Positions 1 through 13,100 of a stretch of DNA of 64,000 nt are shown here, one piece after another. Origin of the DNA: Lytechinus pictus (taxonomy: Eukaryota); NCBI RefSeq assembly GCF_037042905.1, contig NC_087245.1, positions 37,636,001-37,700,000 of the forward strand, read 5' to 3'. The translations under genes and the position numbers were made by a program. The notes beneath the pieces are model-generated. The model saw only the letters and a list, made by a program, of their open reading frames with translations, searched no databases and was not told the origin of the DNA. Positions within the stretch are counted from its first letter, which is position 1. The number at the start of each line of letters is the position of its first letter.

Positions 1-540
1 TATTTGAGATACTTTTTCTCAATAAACTCTATTCATGAGATATTCAACAAACTGCTCTGACAAACAGTCGTACCTCAGAAAAAGCTTCAATGTTCAGATT
101 TCCATTTTACAAGAATCTCTCTTTATAAAAGATTAATTGAATCCAAACCAAGAACGGAAGTTTCATTGTTTAGATTTCATTTTACAAGAATCTCTTTCCA
201 TATGAACAGCAAGATTTCATACATACCGAGAATGTATTATTATGATTGGTAAAGAACATATCCACTGGTTGCCCAAAGGTGGTCCTCGCTTTGCGAAGGA
301 TGTCATCGAATTTGAGCGGTCTTGGAATTTGTAATATTCTGGAAATAAAGAGAAACGATTATGAGTAATCAAGCATCTATCCTCAATACCCAATATTTCT
401 ATTTCATGGCATTTATATGTAGCTGAAGAAAACTTTAAAAAGCGTGAAGAGTAAATTCTCACAGCTACACAAATCTCATCTGAGAACACCATCTTGTAAA
501 ACAACATGTAAGATACCATATCAGATGTCATGAGGGAGCG

Positions 541-830
541 GAGCGAGTTAGCTCAGTCAGTAAAACGTCTGCCTGTTGAACCAAAGGTCGTGGGCTCGAA
601 TCCACCCCGGGCGGATGTCTGAAGCCTGCATTGTGTGTAAACGTGTCCCTCCCCTGTTCCACAGATGCAGGCTACGTTAAAGTGGATAAAAACTGTCCCT
701 CGGATAGGATGTTAAATGGATGTCCCATGTATAGAAGGGTCACCACCTTTGCATATTAAGAACCCACTGCACTATAGTATTCCCATAAGAGTAGGGGGGG
801 AAACCCCGGTGCAGCAGTCCACTTCAGACA
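541..830 (+). mobile_element. tRNA-derived SINE with a Deu-domain-like body (DeuSINE type)
   Basis: A box TAGCTCAGTCAG and B box GGCTCGAATCC, then ctgtccctcggataggatgttaaatggatgtccc...aagaacccactgcacta...aagagtagggggg..ccccggtg, similar to the recalled AmnSINE1/Deu core. Confidence 0.75.
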
Positions 831-2734
831 GGTATACTCCATCTTATGAAAATTAAACTTGATTCTTCAAATACGTTCTGTAGTAACTTGATGATTGATT
901 TTTCTATATTTTATGATACAGCTTTTCATGGGAACATAGCTTTAGTCACTCTTTCCTCGGTTTCAAGGTTTTAGACCCTGAAAACTTCTTTTCTCAGAAA
1001 TTACAGGAGTTTCACTTTCAAAGCAAGTATAAGCTTTTGATAGATCCATGACAAATTGTTAGCAGAATAACCCATTTGTCACACAACAAACCAATCGAAC
1101 ATGTAGTCAAGTTTTTTTTTTCTTCTCTCACTCTGTATCGCCCTTCACCAGGAAGGAGTGCAAACAGTTTATTCTTAGATCTCGTTTCTGCGTTAGAATC
1201 GCCTGTAGAGCGGAAACATCATCTCACACGGGAGGAAGACATTATTCACACACAATACTTCACACTCTGCTAACAAGACCGTGATTTATAGAATAGGAAA
1301 TTAATATGGAGACTTGGCATATATGTTCTCAATTACTTCTGATATCTCTCTAATGTCACCCAAGTGTCAACTTTGACAGGTCTGACTTGGAAAAACCCTT
1401 TCCATAAACCTGCTATTAAAACGGTTGTCATCGGCATTGGTATATAAGTTAAAACATCCCTAGTGAATTTACACGACAAAAATATAATTGTATCCATGGC
1501 GACAATAGATAATACATGAATTGACAATTTCTTTCATTTTAAGAAATCTGTAAACCCAAATGTTCTGAGCCAGCAAATATTGTACATTTGAAATTTAGTG
1601 AAAATAGAAGAAAATATGTTTATTTGAAAATGTTTTTAAATTTGAATTGATTCAAATATTGCATTGTCTCATACCATTAAGTGTGAACTTTGTGCCCTTA
1701 AAGCATGCATCCATTTCTTATTGTTTATTTTATGTTACAACTAAATTATAAAAGAAAATATTCATAAAACTATGGTTCAAATACCGTACACCTTTTTAAA
1801 TATGGGCATCATAGTTTCATGCATCTTGTTCTTTTGTGCATTTTCACAGGGTAAATGAACTACATACATGTGCGGACTGGTACATAGCTGATTTAAGTTA
1901 ACAGAGGGATGCTTGAATATAACAATTTGACAAAAAGAAGGCATATCTGAACTTTAGGAGAACTGAAATTGGATTTGAGGATTTTGCCCTTTTAAAATGT
2001 CTATTTTGGGGTGACTATCCTTACATTTATTATAAAGCAAAGAAGAAGCCTGGAAATTCAAAGAAAGAGGTGTCATAATTATATTTCTATATCAGATTTC
2101 ATACTTCTTGTGGTCCCCTTTTAAATATCCTCCCCTTATTAAATCTCGTACTTGATATCAAATTTCAGACATACAAGGTCCCCACTAATATCCTCAGTAT
2201 AATGTGAGTCAGTTCAAGATGACATTCATTTCGGAGCTTTCCTGTCTTTTATCATCAAACTGCTCCCATCCACCTCACAAAAACAATGCCAGAACCTTTC
2301 ATAGAAGGAAGGAAGCGATAATCATCAAAAGATGAATTTATGCTAACTTTTTGTCACCAGCATTCGGTTTTTAAATGTGTTGAGGATAAAAATAAATGAA
2401 GTCAACGCTTGTATCACTTGAATGACAATTTTCAAAGCACAAAGCTTACTTATCATATTTTCAGCCTTTTCCCTGAAAAGACAGTTTCTGGTGATACATT
2501 CAATGCTACATCATAGTTTTTTTTATATGATCTATATTGTTCACAGTAAAAAAAAGGGCAACATTTTCCAAAATCATACATGTAGGCCTGTAGCCTGTAG
2601 AATGACCATATACGTGTATATAGCAGGGACACTGGCAAGAGGCTGATTGTACAGTGATTGCATAAGTATTTTTGAAAACATCTGAAAACTGTACAAATAA
2701 TTGGAGATAAAATTTTTTTTTGCACAATTGACTA

Positions 2735-2858
2735 AAGCGTAAGTAACACGCTCACCATTTCGAGGCATGAATTCCCGCCCGGTCCCCATTTACCCCACCT
2801 GGGTCGAGTTCAGCACAATATGGATAAATTTCTTGCCAATGCAAATTAACGCCTGGGG
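2735..2858 (-). mobile_element. CORE-like SINE copy interrupted by a MITE (continues about 3463-3480)
   Basis: cccatttaccccacctgggtcgagttcagcacaatatggataaatttcttgc is shared with six other copies in the window. Confidence 0.75.
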
Positions 2859-2862
2859 TTAA

Positions 2863-3458
2863 AGGACAAGTCCACACCAACAAAAACTTTATTTGAATAA
2901 AAAGAGAAATATTCAACAAGCATAACACTGAAAATTTCATCAAAATCCGATGTAAAATAAAAAAGTTATGACATATTAAAGTTTCGCTTCATTTCACAAA
3001 ACAGTTATATGCACATCTCGGTCGGTACGCAAATGAGGGAACTGATGACATCACTCACTCACTATTTCTTTTGTATTTTATAATATGAAATATTTTGATT
3101 TTCTCGTCATTGTCATGTGAAATGAAGTTTCATTCCTTCCTGAACACGTGGAATTCCATTATTTTAACATTTTGTGCTTCAGGCAAGGAGGTCCTAATCA
3201 TCAAATTCGTAAAAATTGAAATATTGTATAATTTAAACAATAAAAAACAAAAGAAATAGTGAGTGAATGACATCATCGCCTCTCTCATTTGGATGTAACT
3301 GGCTCGTTCATATAACTATTTTGTTAAAAATAAGCGAAACTTTGAAATGTCATAACTTTCTTATTTTACATCCGATTTTGATGAAATTTTCAGCATTGTG
3401 CTTGTCTGATTTTTCTCTATTGATTCAAATCAACATTTTTCTGAGGTGGACTTCACCT
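2863..3458. mobile_element. Kolobok-like non-autonomous DNA transposon, family A
   Basis: TTAA duplication at 2859-2862 and 3459-3462, AGG...CCT termini, long imperfect terminal inverted repeats (over 100 bp). Confidence 0.85.
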
Positions 3459-3560
3459 TTAAGATTTATACCCACGCGTAGGCACAACAAAATCCCTTCA
3501 CAAAAAAAAAAAACTGAATAACAATACAGGTATAAACTTCAATGAGGTCTCCTTACTCAC

Positions 3561-3601
3561 CTTTTTTCGCCATTGAATTCGAATTTGACGCGGATCTCAT
3601 T
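3561..3601 (-). CDS. MAP3K2/3: 41-bp coding exon, start of the PB1 domain of a MEKK2/MEKK3-like MAP3K (NEIRVKFEFNGEK-R)
   Basis: Acceptor ttttgccttttacag and donor gtgagt on the minus strand. Translation matches vertebrate MEKK2 NDVRVKFEHRGEKR and MEKK3 SDVRIKFEHNGERR. Phase 0 start, phase 2 end, and 41 bp, the size recalled for the human MAP3K3 exon. Confidence 0.93.
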
Positions 3602-5029
3602 CTGTAAAAGGCAAAATTGAAAATAAGGGGATATCATTAATGCAAGAACATATAAATGGCGGTTGATCTCGTGTAGACCCTTCTTACTTTGGATATTAAA
3701 GTTCGAGTACTCTACTCTCATTTTCAGAAGTTATGCAGTAATAGCAATAATAATAAACATAATGATGATGAAAATCATAAAAGCATTGCAAGAAATTCTT
3801 GATCTAATTTGCTGAATGTAAAAGTGTTTCAAAGACATCAAAATTGAAATAAAGAAACAATTCTCATTTTTTCCTCAGATGTACATACATGTATATTGTA
3901 GACTGCATTCAATTTCTGAATAAAGGTGTTTTTTTCTTCTTCTTTTTATGAGGGAAATCAGAAATGATATAATTCATCAATAAGATTTTCAAAGCCTGTA
4001 AGTAGGATTAACATTACAAAGAAAAAAAAATAATGAAACATAATTCTCCTTCAATAAGGTTTCTCATCCTCAATCTTCTATTTATCATATGAATAAAGAA
4101 TCCCATGAGAGTGAAACAGTATTGACAATCTCTGTGCATCCTGATAGACGTGAATAATAATCTGAAGACCCTAATCTAGACGGGCCAGATTTAATTTAGA
4201 CAGGTAGAGAGGTGGGTGATACAAGGTTAAAAATAAAAAGCTCAAATTGGCAAATATACCACGAACGTAAAAAATTAAGCTGTGTCATTGAAGCGATCTC
4301 TCTCAAACGACTTCCTCCCCCTCTCTCTCTCTCTCTCTGTCCTGCCGCCGAACTGCGCTAAAAATACCCCCGGCGGAAGGTCTCCTGCGCTGCATGCGTG
4401 TGCTGGGTAAATGGAGGAAATGGACCCGGGTCTAAGTGTCGTTACGCATTGAGCGGATCAGCGCATAGCTTGATAGGCAAATAACGGATAATTGAGTTTG
4501 GGTGAGATGTGAGTCGTGTAGACTGACAGGCACCGGGGTGTTTAGATGTGTGTCATTTTTATGAATGGGAGACGGGCTCCGACATAAGAGGGCATGTGGT
4601 TTGGTCTGGGGGATAACAACCTGTTGTACGTGTGCCTCAAGACTTGCACGTCAATGTTATGAGAATCCTGAGTAAGAAAACCGCGCTCAAGGGATTAAAA
4701 ATGTCAGCCTATTAATGGAATTGGGTATGTGGATCCTAGTACATGCACAAATAAGAAAACAAAATCTAGGAAAAAGTGAGGAAGTAGTCCTTATGGGAAA
4801 ATAACCTTGACAAATATCTATAATTATAAACAGCAGTTAATATAAGAACAATAACTTAGTCGTATGTAAGTTTCAATATAAAAGTAATGATCACTTATTT
4901 GATATGAAATAAATAAAAACAGGATAATTAACTTCATTTAGAGGTGGCTAACACCAACACAACATCAGTGTTGTATTTTCATCAACCCAATAGTCTTAAA
5001 TAAAACAGGCAGAAGAGCTGAGAGTTTAA

Positions 5030-5417
5030 AAAGACAGAAGTTGCAGCAAACAATTATTTCACGAGAAAGTCTTTTAAATCAAGGTTAATTGTCAAAATAT
5101 TATCATACATCTAGATCTGGTACATTAATGTAAACTTACCTTTTTAAAATCATGAAATCTTAGCTCAAAATCGCTATTACTGATAATCACTGACACAGAA
5201 AAGCATAAGTGGTACAGTGTATTAATATTGCTTTGTTTGAAAAATACCCATTTCATGGAATTCCGTGCTTATTATGCTCATTACTCAGCAAACATAATGT
5301 ATTTTTTCCAGAGCTATTTGGCACATATCTTTTATTCATACATACAAACAGTTTGGTGGTAATTTCATTGGATTCTGTTCAAACTCATTTTGAGATCGTT
5401 ACAACTATTATTTATCT
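5030..5417. mobile_element. Kolobok-like MITE family C (diverged, inverted relative to 26937-27331)
   Basis: TTAA at both ends; reverse-complement similarity to 26937-27331. Confidence 0.7.
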
Positions 5418-7189
5418 TTAATTCAGAGTAAAATTATCCCTAATTGATAAGAGGAAGTCTACAAAATTTTGAAGAAGAGAACAGGTCATAAACCATTTCT
5501 TGACTAACACACAGCAAGCTGGTAGACCACAAAATGGCATGATCCTGTTACCATGACAACTTACCAGTAAAACCACTCCAGACAAACAACCGTAACTTTC
5601 ATCAGAACAATGGCCTTTACAGTTTGTTTCAGCTCTATTTTTAGTTTGAAACCTTTCCTATTTATGGACATTTTTTGTTTACTTCTTATGAGAAATGCAC
5701 AGCATAGACTTTGTGTTACAGCGGATTTAAGAGGCAAAAAATTTCACATTTATGACATCACAGATGTAACATAGGTACATGACATCATGTTATTGAGGGG
5801 AGGGGAGGGGGGGATGGAAACACAATAGATCATCCCCTACCCACATAAGAAAATAGTTGTCATTAGAAACTAAAGCCAGTGCTTGGATATATCAAAATGT
5901 TGGGAATGGGAAAACTGCAAGTTTTCAAATATTATTTGTTAGTGGATAAGTTGACAATCGGCACTCCATAAAAGTGTGGTCTAAATTAACCAAGCTTTAA
6001 CTAAAACACCCAAGTAGAAATATCATAATCTCCATAGCTACACAACAGAACTGTTTCAAGCATACTGTGAAATATCTGCCATTTTTCGAATCCCTTTTAG
6101 CATATACCCGTATTCATAACTGTACGTTGGGTTTAATTTTGGGGTGGTTTCTTTAAAAAAAAAAATAATAATAATTATAAGTAAAATGATACATTGAATT
6201 ATGTCAAATTCAGCTAAAAGCTACTTAAAGTATATCACATGATAAAAAACAGTTAACTGCACCAAAAACAGATAAATTCATGGAAAATTCCCTGACCTTT
6301 CTGCAAGCTGGCTGGAATGTAAAACTAGGACGTGCAAACAGCAGCAGCGTTCTATCACGAATGAACACCCCTGACAGAGGACAGGAAACAACCCCCCTCC
6401 CTCTTCCAAGCTCTTTGGTCAGTAATAAATTAGGGCAATTAACAGAGGCATGGTAATCTTTTAACGAGATAGTTCATACACTAAGCTCTATAGCTGTAAC
6501 AGGTGTGATGGAGGCAACAAACAATGTAGTATTTTACTTAGGATTGAAGAGGGTATGATAGCAGTAAATGAAACATAGCGATTTACATGTATACACTTGG
6601 CCAAAAAACAGTTCATCTAATTCTAAGATAGCTTATGTCTACTATCTGTTTTGTCTATACCCACATAGTCTCATTCTTGTTTGGTCTAACGATTCAAGAT
6701 TTTTCATTTTATGTTGCTATAATCTTATATACAGAGTAAAAAAAAACATATGTACAGAAACAATCATTAGATTATCAGAAAATCAATATGAAATATGGTA
6801 AGGATCAAAGGTAAAGTTAAGTGATTGCTGGGTATGGCCCTAAAAACATATAATAATGCCTAAATGGTCTAATTTGCGCTAATTATTATTTTTACTTGGT
6901 CCACTGAAAATTTAATTGATGACAGTTCTTTAATCATATAGACTCAGTAGTGTTGGACCAAGTGGATGTAAGACGAAATTGGAAAAGCCTATTGGAAAAT
7001 GGGAAATGTAAAGGTTGAAATGAAATATGTTTAAACTGTTCTTAACAATATTGTGAAGATAAGTTTACACTTTGGACAGTTTTCCATGCGGGTGTTCATA
7101 GTGCGTTCATGTAGTGGACTGTGTGAATGAGATATACTATGTTAATATGAAGATTAACAGTGTCTCACAGTGTTTTCACACTGTCAACA

Positions 7190-7722
7190 CTGACAGACCC
7201 TGTGTCTCACAGTGTGAAAACACCCAGACACACTATGAACACACTGTAAACACACCATGAACACACTAATGCACCAGGTCCCACACTATGAACATACTGT
7301 GTCCCACACTGAGAGACTCACTGTGAATATGGTGCAGACACATTGTAAACACACTATGAACACACTTTGAGATCCACTGTGAATACACTTAACACACTAT
7401 GAACATACTGTGAATACACTGTGAACACACAAGACACTGTGAGACACTGTGAACACCCTGTGAATACACTGTGAACACAGTATGAGACGCTGTGAACACA
7501 CTGAACACACTGTGAACATACTATGAGACACACTGTGAACATACTGTGTTTCACACTATGCATACAATGTGAGACACTCTGAACACACTGTGAACACTGT
7601 TGAACACACTGTGAGACACTGTGAACACACAAGACACTGTGAATACACTGTGAACACACTACAGGACACTGTGAACACTGTTAAACACACTGTGAGACAC
7701 TGAACACCCTGTGAGACACTGT
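7190..7722. repeat. Degenerate CA-rich minisatellite (units like GAACACACTGT / GAGACACTGT)
   Basis: Directly visible tandem array; explains the spurious ORF 7354-7659. Confidence 0.9.
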
Positions 7723-7749
7723 GTTCTATCCAGTAGGGAAGAGACTTAC

Positions 7750-7865
7750 CGTGTGCGAAGATGAGCCTCCTCTTGTGGTCCTATTACGATTTCCTTGCAC
7801 TCTCAATGAGATCAAGTTATCAGTGATCTCACTGATAACTTGATTGCTATCGGCCGATGGATCCA
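7750..7865 (-). CDS. MAP3K2/3: 116-bp coding exon, MEKK2/3 N-terminal region ((V)DPSADSNQVISEITDNLISLRVQGNRNRTTRGGSSSHT)
   Basis: Acceptor ttttcttccttgtttag and donor gtaagt. Open frame with phase 1 start and phase 0 end, joining the PB1 exon in frame. DSNQVISEITDNLISLRV resembles MEKK3 DEQEALNSIMNDLVALQM. Confidence 0.88.
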
Positions 7866-7966
7866 CTAAACAAGGAAGAAAAACACAAAACAAACTTGAT
7901 ATAAATCTTAATGAATTTTAACTTCTGCATTTCTTTCATCTCATCTAATAATCATATTTGCTTATA

Positions 7967-8502
7967 CAGTGCGTCCCACATAAAAGGAAACCTGTTTTCA
8001 GAGATAGATTTCACAATTATTAATTATGTTTTTACTATAAATTTGATACTTTTGGTAAGAGTGGAATCTCATCTTTTATTTGAGACCATCAGCTTAGCAA
8101 ACTGTTCACGCATGGCGGATGACAAACAATAAATATCGAAGAATATCAGAAACAATTTGCGCATAAAACTCAAGTGTGAATCCGAATCCACTCTCATTTC
8201 AGGGATCAGTGAGACAAACTGAACAAAGAATACAAAAGAAATGCTAATGAGCCAACCGTCGAATAAGCAGTCTTCTTATCACGAACCAATCTTTTTCAAT
8301 TTTTCTGCGCAAACTGATTTTGACATTAAAATCTAAAAACTCGTCTTGCTCAGTAATGCCTGAAGTGTTTGTCTTACGTTAGCCATCAAAATACAGAGGA
8401 ATAATTGAATTGTATGATGATGCAAATGAAATATCACAATTCATTTGCATTTGAAGAAAAAAGACATGAGAATCCCGGTTTCTTTTTTTCTGGGACGCAC
8501 TG
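7967..8502. mobile_element. Tc1/mariner-type MITE
   Basis: TA|CAGTGCGTCCCA...TGGGACGCACTG|TA terminal inverted repeats with a TA duplication. Confidence 0.85.
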
Positions 8503-10182
8503 TATAGAGCTTTACTTTACTTAAAGTACTTTACAAAAATGCAGTATATAACAGGAATATTTTTATCAGTCAAAAATGTGTCTCTAAAAACAGGGCTTTA
8601 GTCTCTGATTCAGCAGTTTCGTAACTGCCAAATTTCTATTTGTTACCTTAAAGGACAATAGCTTTGACTTAAGTGCTTTAATGGCTTTTTAGACAGGCAA
8701 TCTTTTGCTTTAATAGTCCTGTAACATAATAAGGATTTAAGGGATGCCTTACTCTCACTGATTGGACTGTCCTTAACCCACTATCTCTTTCAAACGGTTT
8801 CAGGAGAGTGGGTTAACCCATGGAAAAAGCAAGGCTAAATCCTAGTCTGCTGTGCAAACCCTTCACTCGAGTTAAGGGTCTGAATGTGCAGCCTACTCAT
8901 GCCTTGTGTACTGAAGGCCCCTGAAACAGCAAGTTTTGTATGCGCTAGTCTTTGCGTGGAGACACACTTGCTGATCAAAGTTTCAATCAGGGTCTGTGCC
9001 TGCAGACTAGGCTAACCCTGCAATTTGGATGCTGCCGTGTAAGTTAAATGCATGCCTGGCTCAGTAGACAGTTCCGATACCTAAAATGTAAGTGCGTAGA
9101 TTATTAAGCTGATAATTTAGGTAATACATCAAAGAATCGCAAAGACTTTCCGGGATTGCAGTGAATGCATGGCATCGAACCATGAGGGTATAAGAGTCAA
9201 TCGGAGGTTGCAGGCGTACTATACTATTGTGTAGCCATCTAAAAACAGCATGGCTGATTTACCTCACTCAAGAAGTGAGGGGATCTTGGGGCAGTGAAAC
9301 ACATACGCTGAAAGCATGGACTGGTGCCCGCGTCGGAGATAGCCCGACTTAGGTGTACATGTATCACCTCCCCCCCCTTTTTTTTTTTTTGCCGGACTGA
9401 CACCACCTCGAACCAAGTCCACTTTTTGAAGCGCCTTCACGCCAGCATCATTCCTGCAACTGGTTATGTGTATCACCCCAAGTGGACTCAGGCCGGCTTG
9501 AACTTGAACTTCTGAACTAGAAACAAACAATAGTTATAACTTAAGAACAATGTAAAATGATGATATAAAAAGTCGGGCGACTTGTGTCACGTGAATTGGC
9601 GATGTGAGGCCGGCTTATGTTATGTGTATCAGGGTGGTAATCATCTTGAAGCGCCTTTAGTCCAATTTCGGCGTAAGTGTATCACCACCAAAATATCAGC
9701 CTTCAGTCCTGACGCACAACTATCAGGGGACTTAGTTTAATAGAACAGAGATGAAATTAGTCCAGACACTAAAAAACGAGACAAAAATTATTCATTTCAT
9801 GATTGCTGAACGAAAATAAATATGAATGCTTTCTCTTTCTATTGACAGTATTCTTGTAAAGTTCGCTTGTGTAACCTTTCCAAATAACTGCGGTCAACCA
9901 ATCCGGTTGCAAAGCAGTTTTTCTCACAACCCGAGAGTCAAAATATAGAACTCACACCTCTCCAAGGCTAAGATCACACAGAACATCAAAGGTTCAATCC
10001 ATAAATAATATAAGCAGTCTGGAACCATTATACATGTACAGCATGGTTCGTTCCCAACTGGTCTCCTCACTACACGATCATGAGTCAATTCTTGTACTTA
10101 GGGTTCCTTAAAGAGATAACTTCATGAGCTATTTCAAGTAAAGTTCTTACTTTAAACTATCTCTTGTCGACATGAATTCAAG

Positions 10183-10670
10183 GACACTGTTCTCATCTAA
10201 TTTCTTAAACTGGTTTAATGGGTAAGAAGTTAAGTGGAAACCAGTTAAATGTGTATAAGTGGGGACACTAAAGCGACCTTGGAAGTGATCTTAAGAGGTT
10301 TTCCAAATGAGTTTGGAAAAGCATCTCACAATATGGTTTTTTAAAGACTGTTTTGTCTCATTAAACTGGTTTAAGCGTAGGTGAGGATAAAACTGGTCTG
10401 CGGGAAGCAATCTTCGCATAGAAATATGAGAGCATGTGCATGTTGGGCACACTGCTCAGTACATACTGTGTGGAGAATGCCTCTGCTGCTGTTCCAAATT
10501 TTGTGCAAAAGATGCGACGCCACTGAGAGCGTTCCCCTAGCACTACTAGTAGAAACAAGACCATTTTACATGAAGTGGTTCTGGAAACCAGTTAAGAAGA
10601 TGGTGATGAGGAAGCTAGGATAGCTGATTCCCTAAACTGGTTTGAAGGAAACAAGTTCAAGAAAGTGACA
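10183..10670. mobile_element. MITE of the GAC(A/C)CCGTTCTCAT family, diverged copy
   Basis: Similar to 57739-58214, with internal aaactggttt repeats. Confidence 0.65.
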
Positions 10671-11884
10671 GGGTCAAACTGGACATTTGTGGCATGTGAC
10701 TGTAATCAAAGCTACATTGGGAAAGTTACAACATGATGCAGAGGTTCGTCTTCCAGATGGTGACACTAAATATTGGTCCTAACAGAAATAATCATACCTG
10801 ATTGATACAGATCTGTAAAAGAACTCAATCACAGATGGCTCAAATTTTCAGAACGGCCAGTCCTACGATTGGCCAGCTATACTAAAACCCAGGCCTCATG
10901 GAGGAGTAAGGACAAAAGTTTTATACCTTTCAGATTCTGAGACACAAACCAAGCTGTTGTCTCTCGGTCCCAAATATGAATACAGTATGCATGCTGATAT
11001 TAGTGAGGGGAAAAACCAGTCTAAAGTCCAGATCATCCATACAATTAGCTATAACGCTGCATGACTTGACATACTTTCAAACTATTTTTATCTGCTGTGT
11101 TTTGTGAGTGGGATCGCTCGAGATGTTATGAAAGATAATTATAAATATGTCAAATATTTACGACCCCTTGTTGGCTGTTAGGGTTATTTGCTAGCCATGC
11201 ATGTCAAATCACCTTTCATTACTTTTTTTATTATTAAAAATAAAATAACTTGAGCTTTGACAGCATTTCCTGTCTCTTCTTTAGAAAACAAAAGGGGAGA
11301 AAATAAAATAGATGCCATCTCAAAGGGAATCCACAAGGTTGATAATTCGGGAATCAAGGAATCATGTCAAGATTAAAGAAAAAGTGATTTTCACCTACAA
11401 GTGTAATAAGCTACTGAAATCCTTGATTCTGATTGGCTTAGAAGAAAAAAGTACGGTAAGTGAAAATCATTGAAAAGATGAATCACTCCCTGCTAAGGTG
11501 AATCCCTTGAAAACATATGTAAGTACTATAAACTAAAGAGGATGAGACGGTGTCAGGAATGGTCAATAGGGTACAAGAGGAAAGGCTTGATGGGTCCCAG
11601 AGTGTCAGAGTTATATTCCTCAAGGAAATGAGAAAAGCAGATGACCTAGATCTAGCTACAAAACTGTCTGCTAAATTATCACAGAATAGAAGTCCATGCA
11701 ATGACACCATGGACCTACTGCTCTGGTCCATGATTACACTAACCAGTGCTGCATGGACTTTTCATGAAACTAGAAGGCCCTATTTAAATCTTGGGTATGA
11801 TTTTAAAAGGCTAAATAATAACAATACACTTTTCTTGTTTCCCACATATCACATGATGATATAATGTCCCTTTCCACTTCCAAA

Positions 11885-12085
11885 GAACTTGGATGTTATC
11901 ATCCCAGCTTTAGCCTGCACCCTTATTAGTTTCAGACCATGCAAGGAATCCAAGAAATCAATCTAGGCCAGGTACCCATTAACCTCACCTGGATTGAGTG
12001 CAACAAGAATCGTGCCATTCTGGGATTTGAACCCATGACCCTCTAATTCAAAGGCAGGAGACTGATCCACTGGGCCACAACCTCC
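11885..12085 (-). mobile_element. CORE-like tRNA-SINE copy
   Basis: Reverse-strand tRNA head (ggatttgaaccc...ccactgggccac) plus ggtacccattaacctcacctgg. Confidence 0.75.
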
Positions 12086-12159
12086 CAACTAAAGGTTCTA
12101 TTATTTATCAATCATTGTCAACAGAGTCACAACCAGCATACTATCGACGTCTTTTTTTT

Positions 12160-12727
12160 TTCAAGTCCACCCCAAAAAATGTTGATTTGAATAAATAGAG
12201 AAAAATCAAACTAGCATAACGCTGAAAATATGAAAGTTAAGACATTTTAAAGTTTCACTTATTTTTCACAAAACAGTGACATGCACAACTCAGTGACATG
12301 CAAATGAGACGGTCAATGATGTCCGTCACTCACTATTTCTTTTGTTTTTTAGTGTTTGAATTATACAATATTTCATTTTTTACAGATTTGACAATAGGGA
12401 CCAACTTGACTGAATCATTAAGTTTTAAGCAATGCTAGCTGCACATGTTCATGGAGGAATCAATTGTTGTTTCACTTGACAATGAGAAAATTAGAATATT
12501 TCATGTAATAGATTACAAAAGAAATAGTGAGTGGATGACGTCATCAGTCTCCTCATTTGCATACTGACCAGGATGTCCGTATAAATGTCTTGGGAAATTG
12601 GGCAAAACTTTAAAATGTCATAACTTTCATATTTTACATCCGATTTTGATGAAGTTTTCAGTTTTTTGCCTGTTGGATTTTTCTCTTTTTATTCAAATCA
12701 ACTTTTTGTTGGGGTGGGCTTGTCCTT
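12160..12727. mobile_element. Kolobok-like MITE family A copy (left terminus eroded)
   Basis: Close similarity to 33957-34572. Confidence 0.85.
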
Positions 12728-12731
12728 AAAA

Positions 12732-13100
12732 GCCCTGGCACACTATGTAATGCGACTGCACTAAGATCCGACTGCAACAAAATGTTAATCGCATCTTGGC
12801 ACAATCGAATCGCAGGCCAGCGCACGCATTGCATCATGGCGCCTCCACTTTTACGTGTACGTTGTCCGCGCTGCAGCACAGCAGGAAATTGGTCATGGCG
12901 TCATCGTTCGACAAATCTGATTGGTTCAAATTATCAAAATCGCAGAAGAATGGCAGGACGATTTGACATGTCAAATTTCTAAGAAGTGGTCTGTGATTCT
13001 TCTGTAACAAATTGGTTCACAGTTGCAGTGTGTTGCAGGTTGGTGCAGTGCGCACACTGAGATTTTGTTGCAATCGCATCTTAATGCAATCGCGTTGCAA
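12732..13100. mobile_element. Probable MITE remnant with tgcgattgca/aatcgca subterminal repeats
   Basis: CpG-rich, imperfectly palindromic ends; right terminus unclear. Confidence 0.45.

Noticed and set aside
541..615. tRNA-like sequence
   Set aside because: It runs into a SINE body and lacks a convincing cloverleaf or T-run terminator; it is a SINE head.
1333..1527. ORF containing QVRPVKVD, resembling the next PB1 exon (RPVK)
   Set aside because: The nearest plausible acceptor gives the wrong frame, similarity ends immediately and a stop follows. The real exon probably lies left of the window.
7354..7659. Cys/His-rich ORF suggesting a zinc finger
   Set aside because: Translation of a minisatellite.
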